A stretch of DNA of 64,000 bases from assembly GCF_964355755.1 (NCBI RefSeq), contig NC_092671.1, positions 24,316,070 to 24,380,069 of the forward strand, read 5' to 3'. How positions within the stretch are numbered: the stretch's first letter is position 1; each line of letters begins with the position of its first letter. The notes beneath the pieces are model-generated. The model ran no database searches and was not told the origin of the DNA. It was given only the letters and a program-made list of their open reading frames with translations. A program made the position numbers and the translations under genes. This DNA comes from Antedon mediterranea (taxonomy: Eukaryota; Animalia; Echinodermata). Shown one piece after another: positions 49,492 through 60,951 of the stretch.

Positions 49492-50965
49492 AACTAGATT
49501 TAATTCGTCACTATGACGAATTATAGGTTATATGCATTGATTTAAATAAAGATAATTGATTTTTAAAAGATATAGGCCTATTGATTGATTGATTTTCTCA
49601 GAATCTTTAATTATTTATAATATGATAGGACGTGACCTGGCCTTGCTAACTCGACCACCATAGCCGGTATCACAATCCGATCAAAGATCCATATGCGTAT
49701 AATGTCATAAACCACATTTGTTGTTACATAATAATAAAGACATAAGTTAATTTTTATCTAGATTTCATTATAAATCATGTGTATAATCTATACACTAAGA
49801 AATAAATTTGAACAAACAATACGAATAATAAAAAAAAAATTCTTATTTCGTTTCTCGATCTCGGTACCTTGAATGCCATAGAGACGAGCACAGACCATCG
49901 AGCCATACACCACTGACTAAAAATTCCTCCGTGTATTTACTATGCAGTAACTAGTTTGGTGCAAATAGATTATTACATACCGCAATGAATTATAATTTTT
50001 TACTATGACATCTTTAAAATGTAAACAAATAATGCACTGTCAAACTATATACTTTTAACTTTAATATATGAACTTTGGAAGGAAGAAAGTTAATGTTAAG
50101 TTTGTTATTTTGGCCTAAGAAAATGTCATAATTTGTTTGATTGTCGAAATTATTTTTTTAATATTTAATATGCAATTAATGATGACTTAATCAACTTTTG
50201 TTCTCTTAATTTGATAATAAATCATACATATGATACATACACTTCAAGAAAATGAAATAAAAAATAGGTGTTCCCCTGCATTCTGACGATATATATTAAT
50301 TTTAAAATTTAGCATATTTTCACCATTTTGTTAACTTATACGTGCGTAGCCAGTCACTTTTGACGTGCTCGTATAACGCAATTTCGAGTTGAAACGTGAA
50401 TCAAATATGATGATATTATTAAAGAAAGATTTTAAAACAGAAATCGGGCAAAAAGAGTGCGCATTAACGTTTAACGCGCCGTGCGCGTGAAAAAATCTGC
50501 GCACTCATGGCAATTTTTTAAACGCTTAAAATTGCCTGAAACGTAGTCTAATTTCATCGAAAATAAATTTTGACAATTTTGAACATTTTAAGCGCGCGTA
50601 CGCAAGCGTTATATGCGCTACGCACGTAATTGTATTGCCATATGATGAAATATGACCTGAAATTTATGAGTACCAAATTTTGTTTAATTGTGATTCATGC
50701 TTGTGAAGATATGATTACAAACGTGATTTCGTAAATCGCGCGTAGACCGCGTAATTTTTGATTGCGCATCGTGAAAATATAACCACATCGATTCCTGGCC
50801 GGCCCCATAAGGAATATACTCTGAAAAATTGACTTAGATAGATGAAACTGATATCAAGATAATTCACGGACAAAATAGTGCTAAAGAAAGAATAAATAAA
50901 TAAATAAATAAAGATTTTGACAGAATCAAGAGGTTATATGCATGATAATGCATATAACCTAATAA
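49492..50965 (-). mobile_element. Second HINE/Helentron-like family
   Basis: AGGTTATATGCAT subTIRs (about 49525 and palindromic 50931-50960), stem-loop AATTCGTCA-CTA-TGACGAATT next to AACTAG, short (TAAA)n. Confidence 0.7.
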
Positions 50966-51199
50966 AGCCTCATATAAATTAAAAACCAAGTAGTTCAGGC
51001 TCGATAATTATATTATATCATTTTTCAATTTTCTTTGTCAGCTTCAAATAGCATACATAGTTTATCGATTGGTCTGGTCAGGACATTAACTTTTAACACG
51101 AATACGCCTAATATACTCATCCTGGTTTGGAAATACTTCTATTATTTTTCCCCACGGTTATATGTTCCTTAAGTATTCTCATTCAAAACGAGTACTACA

Positions 51200-53250
51200 T
51201 CACCGACTTGAGCATTTATTCAGGTGCCAACCAATTTCGTCTTTGTTGTAGTTCAGGAGATACTCCTTTGTCCACCTTACCTAAAATATATCTGCCAGGT
51301 ATTGAATTTGCTTCCATTTCATACGACAGTGTCTAGCATTATCACCTAAAAGGCATGGTTGCGCATTTATATCATCTTTCAAGAGCAAAATATGATTAGG
51401 TGCAAGTGTTCTTAGATCATTACAATCTTTATTTGAAGTTAAAGGTCTGCTGTTCACGATATTTTCTACTTCGCACAGAAGGGTATGTATGTGTTGTCAT
51501 ATTTCAACGTCTGTTGCTTGACAAGAGCACAAAGTATCTTCCTTATCGTTCTAATTTGGTGCTCCCATATCCCACCATGATGAGAACCAGAGGGGGGATT
51601 GAACGACCATTGAATTTCCTTCTGTAGCAAAGCTTCATTAATTTAAGTTTATTCCATTCCATTATTTCCTTTCGCATTTCTCGTTGAGCTCCGACAATAT
51701 TGGTCCCATAGTCAGATGTGATTTTTTTACACAGGTCCTCGACAAGATATGAATCTCTTTATGACATTGATGCAGGAATCTATATTTATTTAAAGAACAA
51801 GCTAACTCTATTTGAATTGCCGTTGAAGACATACAAACAAACACAACACCATAGCGTTTCACCCTACTCCTGCCTTGTTTGACTTCTAATGGTCCGACAA
51901 AATCTATTCCCACCTTTGTAAATGTTGTTATCACTCTATCCAGTGGTAGGTTGGCCATCATCTGCTTTATTAGTTTTCCATATTGTTTTTTGCAGGGTAC
52001 ACAATTATAAATAATTTTTCGTGCCATTGAGTTTGCGCCTATTATTTAATATTTCTCTCTCAAACCAGACAACATCATATTCCTACTAGTATGTCCACCC
52101 CTTTTGGTGAATCTCTATCAGTATTAATTGGGATATTTTTGATTTTTTTGGCAATATTATTGGACGCCTTGCATCATGAGAACTATTGACAAGATCAAGG
52201 CGACTTCCGACCTTTATAAGACCATTCTCAATCAGTGGGTCTAGCTGACTCCACTTGCGTTATAAATCCTTTCATTTCAAGATCAGAAGGTTAATTTCAG
52301 GTGCCACAATTTGCTTCGGCCAATTCTGCTCATCTTCCCACAAGAAGTTTGGTCCTCGCAACCATTTTTGTTCAAGGTGCAAGGTTCTGGGATTCGTTCC
52401 TCACGATACTATGTCAGCTATACCGCCATTGGCAAGAATTGGTTGCCTCTCGAATTAAGTTCATCCTACGCTCTGATTTTGGATGTACCTTAAAACAGTG
52501 CTATCCGTCCAATAGTAGCTTTTGTCTATGTGAAAACTCAATGTGTAAGAAACAACTTCGGTAATTTTTACTGCAATCATGGTCACCTTTTTAAGCGACG
52601 CGACCCTAGCCTTTCCCAGTACAAATGAACAATACGCACCTTTCTGCTGGTCGGTCTACCGCAAGTAAACAACACATCCCTAACCTGTACTGCTCGCATC
52701 AGCAAAGGTGTGAATTTCACAGCAGATCCACAGTTGTAGGCACATAGCACCTTGATATTCTGATTCTTTTAGCTTTCACATTTTTCAAGATATTCCCCTT
52801 TAATTTGCTCATCTCAAGTCAGGTTCAATCCACACATCTCTTGTAAGATTAGTTTGGCAGGAATAATTAATCGAGCGATTAAGCCTAGGGGGTCGTAAAT
52901 AGAGCTTACCAAGTATTGCTTATTGAAAGATTTCCTTTTAAAACTAAAAGTATAATTTTCAACATGATACTAAGAGCCCTCTCTGTCGGTAAATAATCGT
53001 TTCGCATGTCAACTGCAACCGGTCCTCAGCAGGAATAGATGCTAAGACATCTCGATTGTTGCTAATCCATTTCGTCAAGTTAAAGCCTCCCTTTAAACAC
53101 ATTAACTTAAGTTCCGTTATCAGTTTGACGGCTTCTTCTTTAGTTTTAAGGGATTTTAGGCAGGCATAGACATCATTAATCAGTGTAGATACAGCTTCTT
53201 CACCGAACAGCTCACAGTTATCGGTAGCCGTACGTTTCATGTGTACAACC
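51200..53250 (-). mobile_element. Decayed BEL/Pao LTR retrotransposon pol
   Basis: GGFNLTKWISN, YDPLGLI, EIHTFADAS, GKARVA, RGPNFLW, RPIILPK, QMMANLPLDRV..VGIDFVGPLEVK..KRYGVVFVC, HHGGIWE; many stops and deletions. Confidence 0.9.
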
Positions 53251-54479
53251 ATGTCAAAAGCCTTTTAAATTCAAGTGGCTATATTTAATAATGTCATAAC
53301 ATCCGGTAAAAAATTCTTTTATATAAAATCTACAATTCATCAGCTTCAATAATAACATCAATAATAACATGCCTAATGCCTAAGCTAGTTCAAGTTAGGC
53401 CTAGCCTGAAAGCTATACCTACTAATGTCTAATAATAGCCTATGCTTTTCTTTTTCTTTGGTGAATATTTATAGCTAGCGTGAGTATCACATCGTATATC
53501 CAATATTATATAACACCTAAATAAATTCCTTTCATTTGATTGGACGATTAGTTGTTTTTCGCAAGTACATTTCTGGAGAGATATATATGTACTAATTTAG
53601 ATCAAAAAGGCATTTAAATAAGCATTTTAGATGTTTGTAAGATTTTAGTTAATTAATGGAAACACCTCTACAAGACGTGGAATCGTTGGAAAAACATAAT
53701 TATGCTAGATGAGTTCCAGTTTCGTTGCCTGTCGAAGTTTTGTTTTTCAGCCTGGCTAGTAGGCCTAGGCTAGGCCTGTTATTATTAGGATAGACATAGC
53801 CTACTGTAGGCATTTTAGCCTTGCTAGGCCTATGATGGTTTGGTCGTTTGTTGACATAATTAACACTACAGTAGGTGTGTCTATATATAAATTAAGGTTA
53901 ATTCTGACATAGTCGAGGACAATGGAAACACTTTGGGACAATCCGCCTTAGATACCTACCTTATCTATCTCAGATGTACCGCGAAACGATTTGATAACAT
54001 TTAGTTATAGTTTCCACTATTACGATATTGTTCCATATTTCTATCTTAGGAAGATATTATAAAGGGTTTTGAAACGAAATCTCTGATTTCATCGGTAGAT
54101 TTTCAACTATGTGCTCGCTGGAAGTAATTTCTGGGTTCACGGTGAGTCCAAGGGTTCACCTTGCAACTTCCTGGTTTCAAATAAGTTGGCCGTTGGTGGC
54201 CATTTTAGAGAACTAATGATAAGACCTTTTGTTTTGAAATCGAGTGAAACCCCGATAGCCTGCCCATGTTGCAAGCCGTCTAAAACGTCTTCCAGCTTAG
54301 GCCAAAACTGCCAACTCTGTCGCAGAAGTTAGTTTCAAAAGTTGTTTAAACAATGGAAACTAAATAATGTATTAACCAAATAGGATGGTATTTATTTGAA
54401 TAAACGCCGAACCCCTTTTAATAATCGCATCTTGTGTTATATTTATAACACAATTATACTATTTTTAATAGAATGTATC

Positions 54480-57400
54480 GGACTGTTGTATCTACAATTT
54501 ACCAAGCATTGGAAACTACTACTTCAATCAACGAAGTTAAACTTGACCATACTACTGACATTTTAACCTACTTCGCCAACAAGGGGAACAGATCGCTTCT
54601 CAGCAGAGACAGTTGGAAACGTTGATCTCAAGCATAGCAACCCAAGACACAATACAAGGGTGTGCTACAATTGCCAGAAGCCTGATCACATCGTAGGCAG
54701 AAGAAACAAGAAAAACCGTCCAAACATACAACATACTCCAATGAACACGATTTAAACCAGACAGCAGGTGAATTGGTGGACGGCTTTGTGTGGGAGGTGC
54801 AGATAATGTAAAGTTTGACCTCCGGTGTCTCCTTGACTCCGGTGTGCAAGTATCGACGATTACTGAATCATTTTATCATAAATGTCTCGCCGATGTAGAT
54901 ACTTAGGACGTCTCTTTTATATCCGCATCTCTGGAGCACAGGGCTCAGTAGTTCCCTTTGTCGCATATCTTGAGCTCTCCATCAAAGTTATTGACAGAAC
55001 ATTAAACAACCTAGGTTTCCTTATAGTACCTGACCCATCCAACTCCCCGATATCGAAAAGAAAGAAATTAAGTGTCTGGCGTTATCGATTCAAATCTTTC
55101 GGCATATGAGACGTCTGTTATAACTATGGTGATGACTTCATCTCAAAGATTGATAGTATGTCTGCAAAGGGGTGCAAGTGGGATCATGTCCTGGGGGTCT
55201 ATGAAAAGGGAACCGCGTCAACGAATATAGTACATGCCCATGTTCGAGTAGCTGTGGATCAGCCTATTTTTATACCTGCGAGATGTGTGAAAACTATACT
55301 ACTACTACAACCAAACAATCAAAAACTAAATACAACTCTCTCATTGAGCAAAATTACACTCACTCTCTACCAAATGGAACAGCCATTCCCACACTAGTAA
55401 ACGTGAATAATACTGAAATCGTTAAATTTCAAATAATGAATGTCTCGAATTCGTACATATATTTACAGCCGCGAGTTCCCGTTGCGACCATTACAGATGT
55501 TCAGCCAGTACCGAACGTGACTGTTCGGAAAAGAGGTCATCATAGAAGGAGCTAGTTCTACGACCAGTTCAACTAGTCCAATTCAGAAATTAATTGAACG
55601 GATGACGTTAAGCGAATTAGTTAGTAGTGACCCACAAGAACTGAAAGAGTTTGAAGATCTAATTGGAAAATATTATGCCCGCTTTAGCCAAGATGAATTC
55701 GACAAAATCAACCATACAATCAACCTTACAGACGATCATTCTGTACGTGTTCCACATCGCTGAATTCCTCCACACCAGTGGAATGAAGTGCTAGAATACC
55801 TAAAAAAATCTATTCAACAAGGCGTCATACAATTATCCTCAAGTCAATACGCCTCAGCCGTCATGCTTGTTCGTAAGCGGGATGGAAAGCTTCGCCTCTG
55901 TGTTGACTACAGAGCGTTGAATAAAAAGACACATAAGGATGCGTATCCACTCTGCCGTATCGACGAAGCGTTGGACGCACTTCATGGAACCAAATATTTC
56001 TGTAGTCTTGACCTGGCGCATGGTTTCCACCAATTTTTAGGACATCAGATGGCTGAACTGGGAATTTCACCTGATCCAGAGAAAAATCGTGCTATCTGAG
56101 ACTGGAATACTCCTACAAGTGAGACTAAACTAAGAGGATTTTTTAGGATGCTTGGGACGACTCTTGTACGAAAGCTACTGACGAACTCAAACACCATCTC
56201 ACTACCGCTCCTGTTCTCGGGTATCCAGATTTCAAGCGTCCTTGAGATTGATTCCAATTTTTTTATAGTTTAGGCGCAGTCTTTCTCAACGTAATACGGA
56301 TGGTAAGCAAAATGTAATCGCTTACGCAAGCAGAGGATTACGCCAAAACGAAAAGAATATGGACAACTATAGCAGCATGAAGCTAGAATTGTGTGCGCTT
56401 TGATAGGCAGTTTCCGAAAAGTTTAGAGATTTCCTTATAGGGGCCGAATTTGTGGTATACACAGACAATAACCTGTTAAGCTTAGAACGACCGCCAAACT
56501 TGGAGCCATAGAAATACGACGGCAAGCCGAACTGGCCCAGTTTGATTTCACTTTAAAATACAAATCAACATCAATGCGGATGCCCTAAGTCGTAAGCCTT
56601 TCCACGGAAATAAACGAATGGGAAGACTTGAAGAGATTACCATAGAAGATGTTATACACTATGGAACTGGTATATTGATTCCATCAGACTTACTATCAAG
56701 AATCCTTGAAATTGCTTGTATCGATGAATTAACTCTAGAAGGTGGTGTAAAAGTGTCGACAACGATCCCTACCTTACCTAAAGCCGATTTAATCAACTTA
56801 CAACAATCCGATCCTGTGATTGGAAAAGAAGCCAAACAGTGGAAGAATGGTAATGGTAGACTCCCTACATCACGACAACTTAGGAAAGAGGACAAACGAA
56901 CCAAAAAATTATTTAGACAATGGCAACGTCTATCCACACAAGATGGAATGATATTCCGAAACGTCACGATCAAGGGTCAACCAATTAGGCAAATTCTGCT
57001 ACCCGAGACCCTGAAACTACAAATCCTGAAAGCAGTACACGATGATGTTGGGCATCAAGATCGTGAAAAAACGATGGCACGTCAACACTAACACTGGCCT
57101 GATATGGAGATAGATATCATACTGTAACACGTGCCAACGTTGTATGCTTTCTAAGGCCGGGAAGAAGGTAAATCAACAATGATTTCCACGATTGCAAAGA
57201 AACCACTTGAAGTAGTCGCCATCGACTTTACTGTCTTAGAGCAAAACACTAGAAAAATCGAGAATGTACTTGGCAAAATTGATGTATTCACGAAGTTACC
57301 CAAGCAATACCAGCAAAAGACCAGAAGGCGACAAATGTTGTTCGACTGTTAGTCAACAACTGGTTTGTACGTTATGGTATCGCGATACAAAGTCACAGTG

Positions 57401-58500
57401 ATCAAGTGAGGAATTTTTAGAGCAAGATTATCAAGGAGTTATGCGCAGTTTATGAGATACAGAAGACCCGGACTACACCTTTACCATCCAGAAGGAAATG
57501 GAGGTTTAACCGAACAATGCATGACCGACTTCGCACCTTGTCACCTAAAAAGAAGATGAAATGGCACGAAGTCCTCCCTGAACTTGTGTACGCCTATAAC
57601 TGCACGCCTCATTCCTCAAAAGGTTACTCTCCACACTTCTTTTTGGGCGAGAACCGACCTTGCCAATCGACCACATATTAGGTTTAGATGACAGCAATGA
57701 AAAGTGTCTAGTGAACCACCATCAACGATTAAAGGTAGCCTTTAATTTTTTAACAGATGACAGAGAAAGGCATTGCAAAGACAGGAACGAAATAACAAGA
57801 ATGCTGATTCTGGTGACTTAGTTATTGAAGCTCGAGTTTTTCCGCGAAATCGTACACTTGGACGAAGCAAGATTCTTGGGGCGATTCCCCGTTCAAAGTT
57901 ACCGCAATTGATTCAGCCCAAAAAAGTTAACAATGTGGAAGACACCACACTGCCTCCGATCGAAAATCATACTGTACCTCCGGAGACGAACAACAGCATA
58001 GACGAGGACGACCCAGTATAGGAAGTATATGTCAGACCTCCAGAAGTCAACAACGATCTACCAAATGCTACTGACAAAGCAGGGGAGCATGTGAAAGTTC
58101 CGAATGTAGGAAATACTAATACCTCAGCAACTATGGATTCAAGTCTAACCATGCAGATGTGCACATACCAGCTACAACACCTAATCAAGTATCATCACTC
58201 AATCCTGCTCCACCAGTTGTTGTTGAACCAACATCTAAAGCAGAGGATCAAGAAATGAGGAATGAACCAAGACGTTCGAGACGGATCCAAGGGAAACCAC
58301 TGGTTACAGGAGAGGTTTTGGCAGAAGTTAGCAAATCGCACCTGTTACTAATGCAGATATTAGCAAGTCACTCAGAATCTGTATAACTTTTTGAACTATT
58401 ATACTGTACTTTGTTAATGATTTATAATTATATAACCTTTAGATTTTAGTTTTATCATTGTCAAGGATGACAATGCTGTAACAGGGGAGTGAGTGACAAG
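54480..58500 (+). mobile_element. Decayed Gypsy/Ty3 LTR retrotransposon (gag knuckle, PR, RT, RH, IN, PPT)
   Basis: CYNCQKPDH (about 54663), LLDSG protease (about 54830), LRLCVDYRALN..YPL.RID..SLDL..GFHQ, IAYASRGL..YSSMKLEL, HDDVGHQ, VAIDF, HSDQ, RTTP.HPEGNG; PPT AGGGGAGTGAG then TG at 58494 (3' LTR start). 5' LTR not found. Confidence 0.92.
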
Positions 58501-59036
58501 TGTATTTGGTCACAATAGAATAACCTCACTTTTTACAAATGTTTAATCAAATATCCCCACGGCAAAGGGACTCTGGAGGAGATTTGAGGCTAATTTTATC
58601 TTGGTTACACATTCCAAGATTCAGAAGAGAAGCAACAAGATCATAAATTTATCTTGATTCATCTTTTTATATTTTATAGAATTCTAGCTAGGGTGAGTAA
58701 ATGTTCTCATTCATATTGTAATTATTTTAATCATGGTTATGGGTGAGGATAGCAAATAGGTTTGTTACTGTTTCTTTTTGGCTAATCTAAGAATATCAGA
58801 GAATTTGTGCACATGTTTATAGTCTCTGATGGCAGAATGATGATTTTATGTAAATCATTAATACTGTGTTAATGTAGAGTGTTTAGTAATCGATACTTTA
58901 ACCATGAGATAACATGACGTTCATCGGATATACTTCTTATTACTTATTATTTATTGATTTATATATAATATTAATTAATATATATTATTTGTAATGCCTA
59001 ATTGATACAATGCTTTATGATTATTAATTACTTTAA

Positions 59037-59400
59037 TGTTAGAGATCCTTGATTAGTTAGTACAGTTAGTTATAGCTATGTTATCTTAGTCCACCAAATG
59101 CACCTATTGTACGCGATTGGCGTACCATACTTACCTGGGGGTTTTGGACAGCGTGGTGTGTTCACGCAGGTTGGGTTGAAACGTTGTCATGTTATGTTGT
59201 GTTGAAGTATAGAGTATCAATAAACTTCACTTTACTGATAATAGTGGTCGATATATTTATTCGAGTCAGTAAAATTGGTGCCGAAACCTCCCTGATCTAC
59301 TAGGCCTAGAATTTGGATGATAACGATCGGGATAAAGATACCAACGAATCAGGTAATATTATGGATAAATTATTGAAAACACGATCAGCCTCCCGTGGAT
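59037..59400 (+). mobile_element. LTR, tRNA-Phe PBS and start of gag of another LTR element
   Basis: TGTT start, AATAAA at 59219, PBS TGGTGCCGAAACC (59276-59288) complementary to the tRNA-Phe 3' end, then an ORF (..KLLKTRSASRGW) cut by the next element. Confidence 0.6.
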
Positions 59401-59440
59401 GGGGTGTGTCGAAAGCGAAGACCTCGAAAGCGAAGATCGA

Positions 59441-60951
59441 CACAGTGCATTTCGGCCGCCAATCATTTCGGCCGCCGGTTATGGAACGCCCAAATTAATG
59501 AAACTCCAAAAAGGACAAAATATGGCATGATCATTTCGGCCGCCAGGTATGGCGCGCCAAATTGAAATAGCCAGAAATAACTCATTAACTGTACAGTATT
59601 ACAGTGAAAAAAAATTCGCCGTGGTTAGGATTCCGGCACCGGAACTCAACTGCCCAGCGTTAGGGAATCCGACACGCTATTGCGCATGCCCAGATCGAGG
59701 TAATCGGCGACTCTATACTTCAACAGCGATGGATCATTTCATAGCTACTAGCCTAGATGCCTATAATACGGGATCCACTAATCTAGGCTAGGGCTACCAG
59801 TTAGACGTGACCAGTGGGGCCTATTTATTTTGTAATTAAAAAGTGGTTGCTTCATTCATATATAAACTTCATATCATTATGAATTATATAATTACATGAC
59901 TAGTTTATGATTTTTTATAACGCATTATACTGTACGGTACATAACAACATGCAATCACAAGTTGATTTGTTGACGGCAGCAACCGCGTGGATGTGAAAAA
60001 ACTGTTCGGGAAGTCAGGGTCGCAACGCTAAAAACAGCATTACGATTCTTAGATAGATACTGATACTTATTAATATCATTATGATTATTTTAACGCGTGG
60101 CGTAGTATTATTTTAATTATTAATTCATTCATGTATGGCATAGGCCAAGTTTCATCCATCGCTCTCTCGCTCGCGCAACGACTATCTAGGCTACAGTAAA
60201 TCCCTATAACACTCCGACTCTCGGCGGTGGTGTAGTGTGTGTGGCACTATTAGCGCAAGCTATAATTCACTTCCCAGAGCTCTGGGCATGCGCAATAGCG
60301 TGTCGGATTCCCTAACGGTGGGCAGTTGAGTTCCGGTGCCGGAATCCTAACCACGGCGAAAAACAATTACTTTATCAAGTCTATGGAACGCCACAGAGAA
60401 CTATGGTCATTTAAACTAGAGATCAGTTGTGCAATGGGCTAAATACATTTTGTTTTTGCCGTAGGCATAGATTTAAAGTTATATTAGTTACGGTATTTTA
60501 CCGTCTGAATATTTTGGTCAAAATGAATATTGATTTAATGTTTATTTTTTTATTTATTTTACAAGTCCCGAAGATGCGTGTGCTTTGTAAAAATGTGTTT
60601 TATGAATCAAGTCAAGTGTTTTTGACTGGCACATAAAAAAAACTTCAGCATCACCTCCTTCTTATTAAAAAAATATCATTAATATTCACTGTAGTGATGG
60701 CAATGTGCACGCTATAATATCGCTGCTGTTTCTGGAATTGAAGACCACCGATTCGGCTTAATAATACAGTATTTAGGCCTAGTAAAATATTAACATTTTA
60801 ACACACATGGCGTGTCATACATATTCAAGAATAATTACAATTCTGGCGACCGAAATTAACAATACATATTTTGTCCTTTTTGGCGTTTCATGAATTTGGC
60901 AATTCCATAACCGGCGGCCGAAATGACTGGCGGCCGAAATGATCAGACACC
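59441..60951. mobile_element. MULE-like MITE nested in the foldback terminus
   Basis: TIRs CATTTCGGCCGCC.. at 59448-59524 and 60865-60942; flanks AGATCGA / AGATCGAAG (partial 9-bp TSD). Confidence 0.75.
59617..60358. mobile_element. Inner MITE with about 78-bp TIRs
   Basis: CGCCGTGGTTAGGATTCCGGCACCGGAACTC...GCATGCCCAGA and its near-perfect reverse complement at 60281-60358; flanks AAAAAAAATT / AAAAACAATT. Confidence 0.85.

Noticed and set aside
59441-59447. CACAGTG RSS heptamer (RAG/Transib signal) at a MITE junction
   Set aside because: Single 7-mer with no nonamer at 12/23 spacing and no RAG/Transib coding sequence; probably filler at a damaged terminus.
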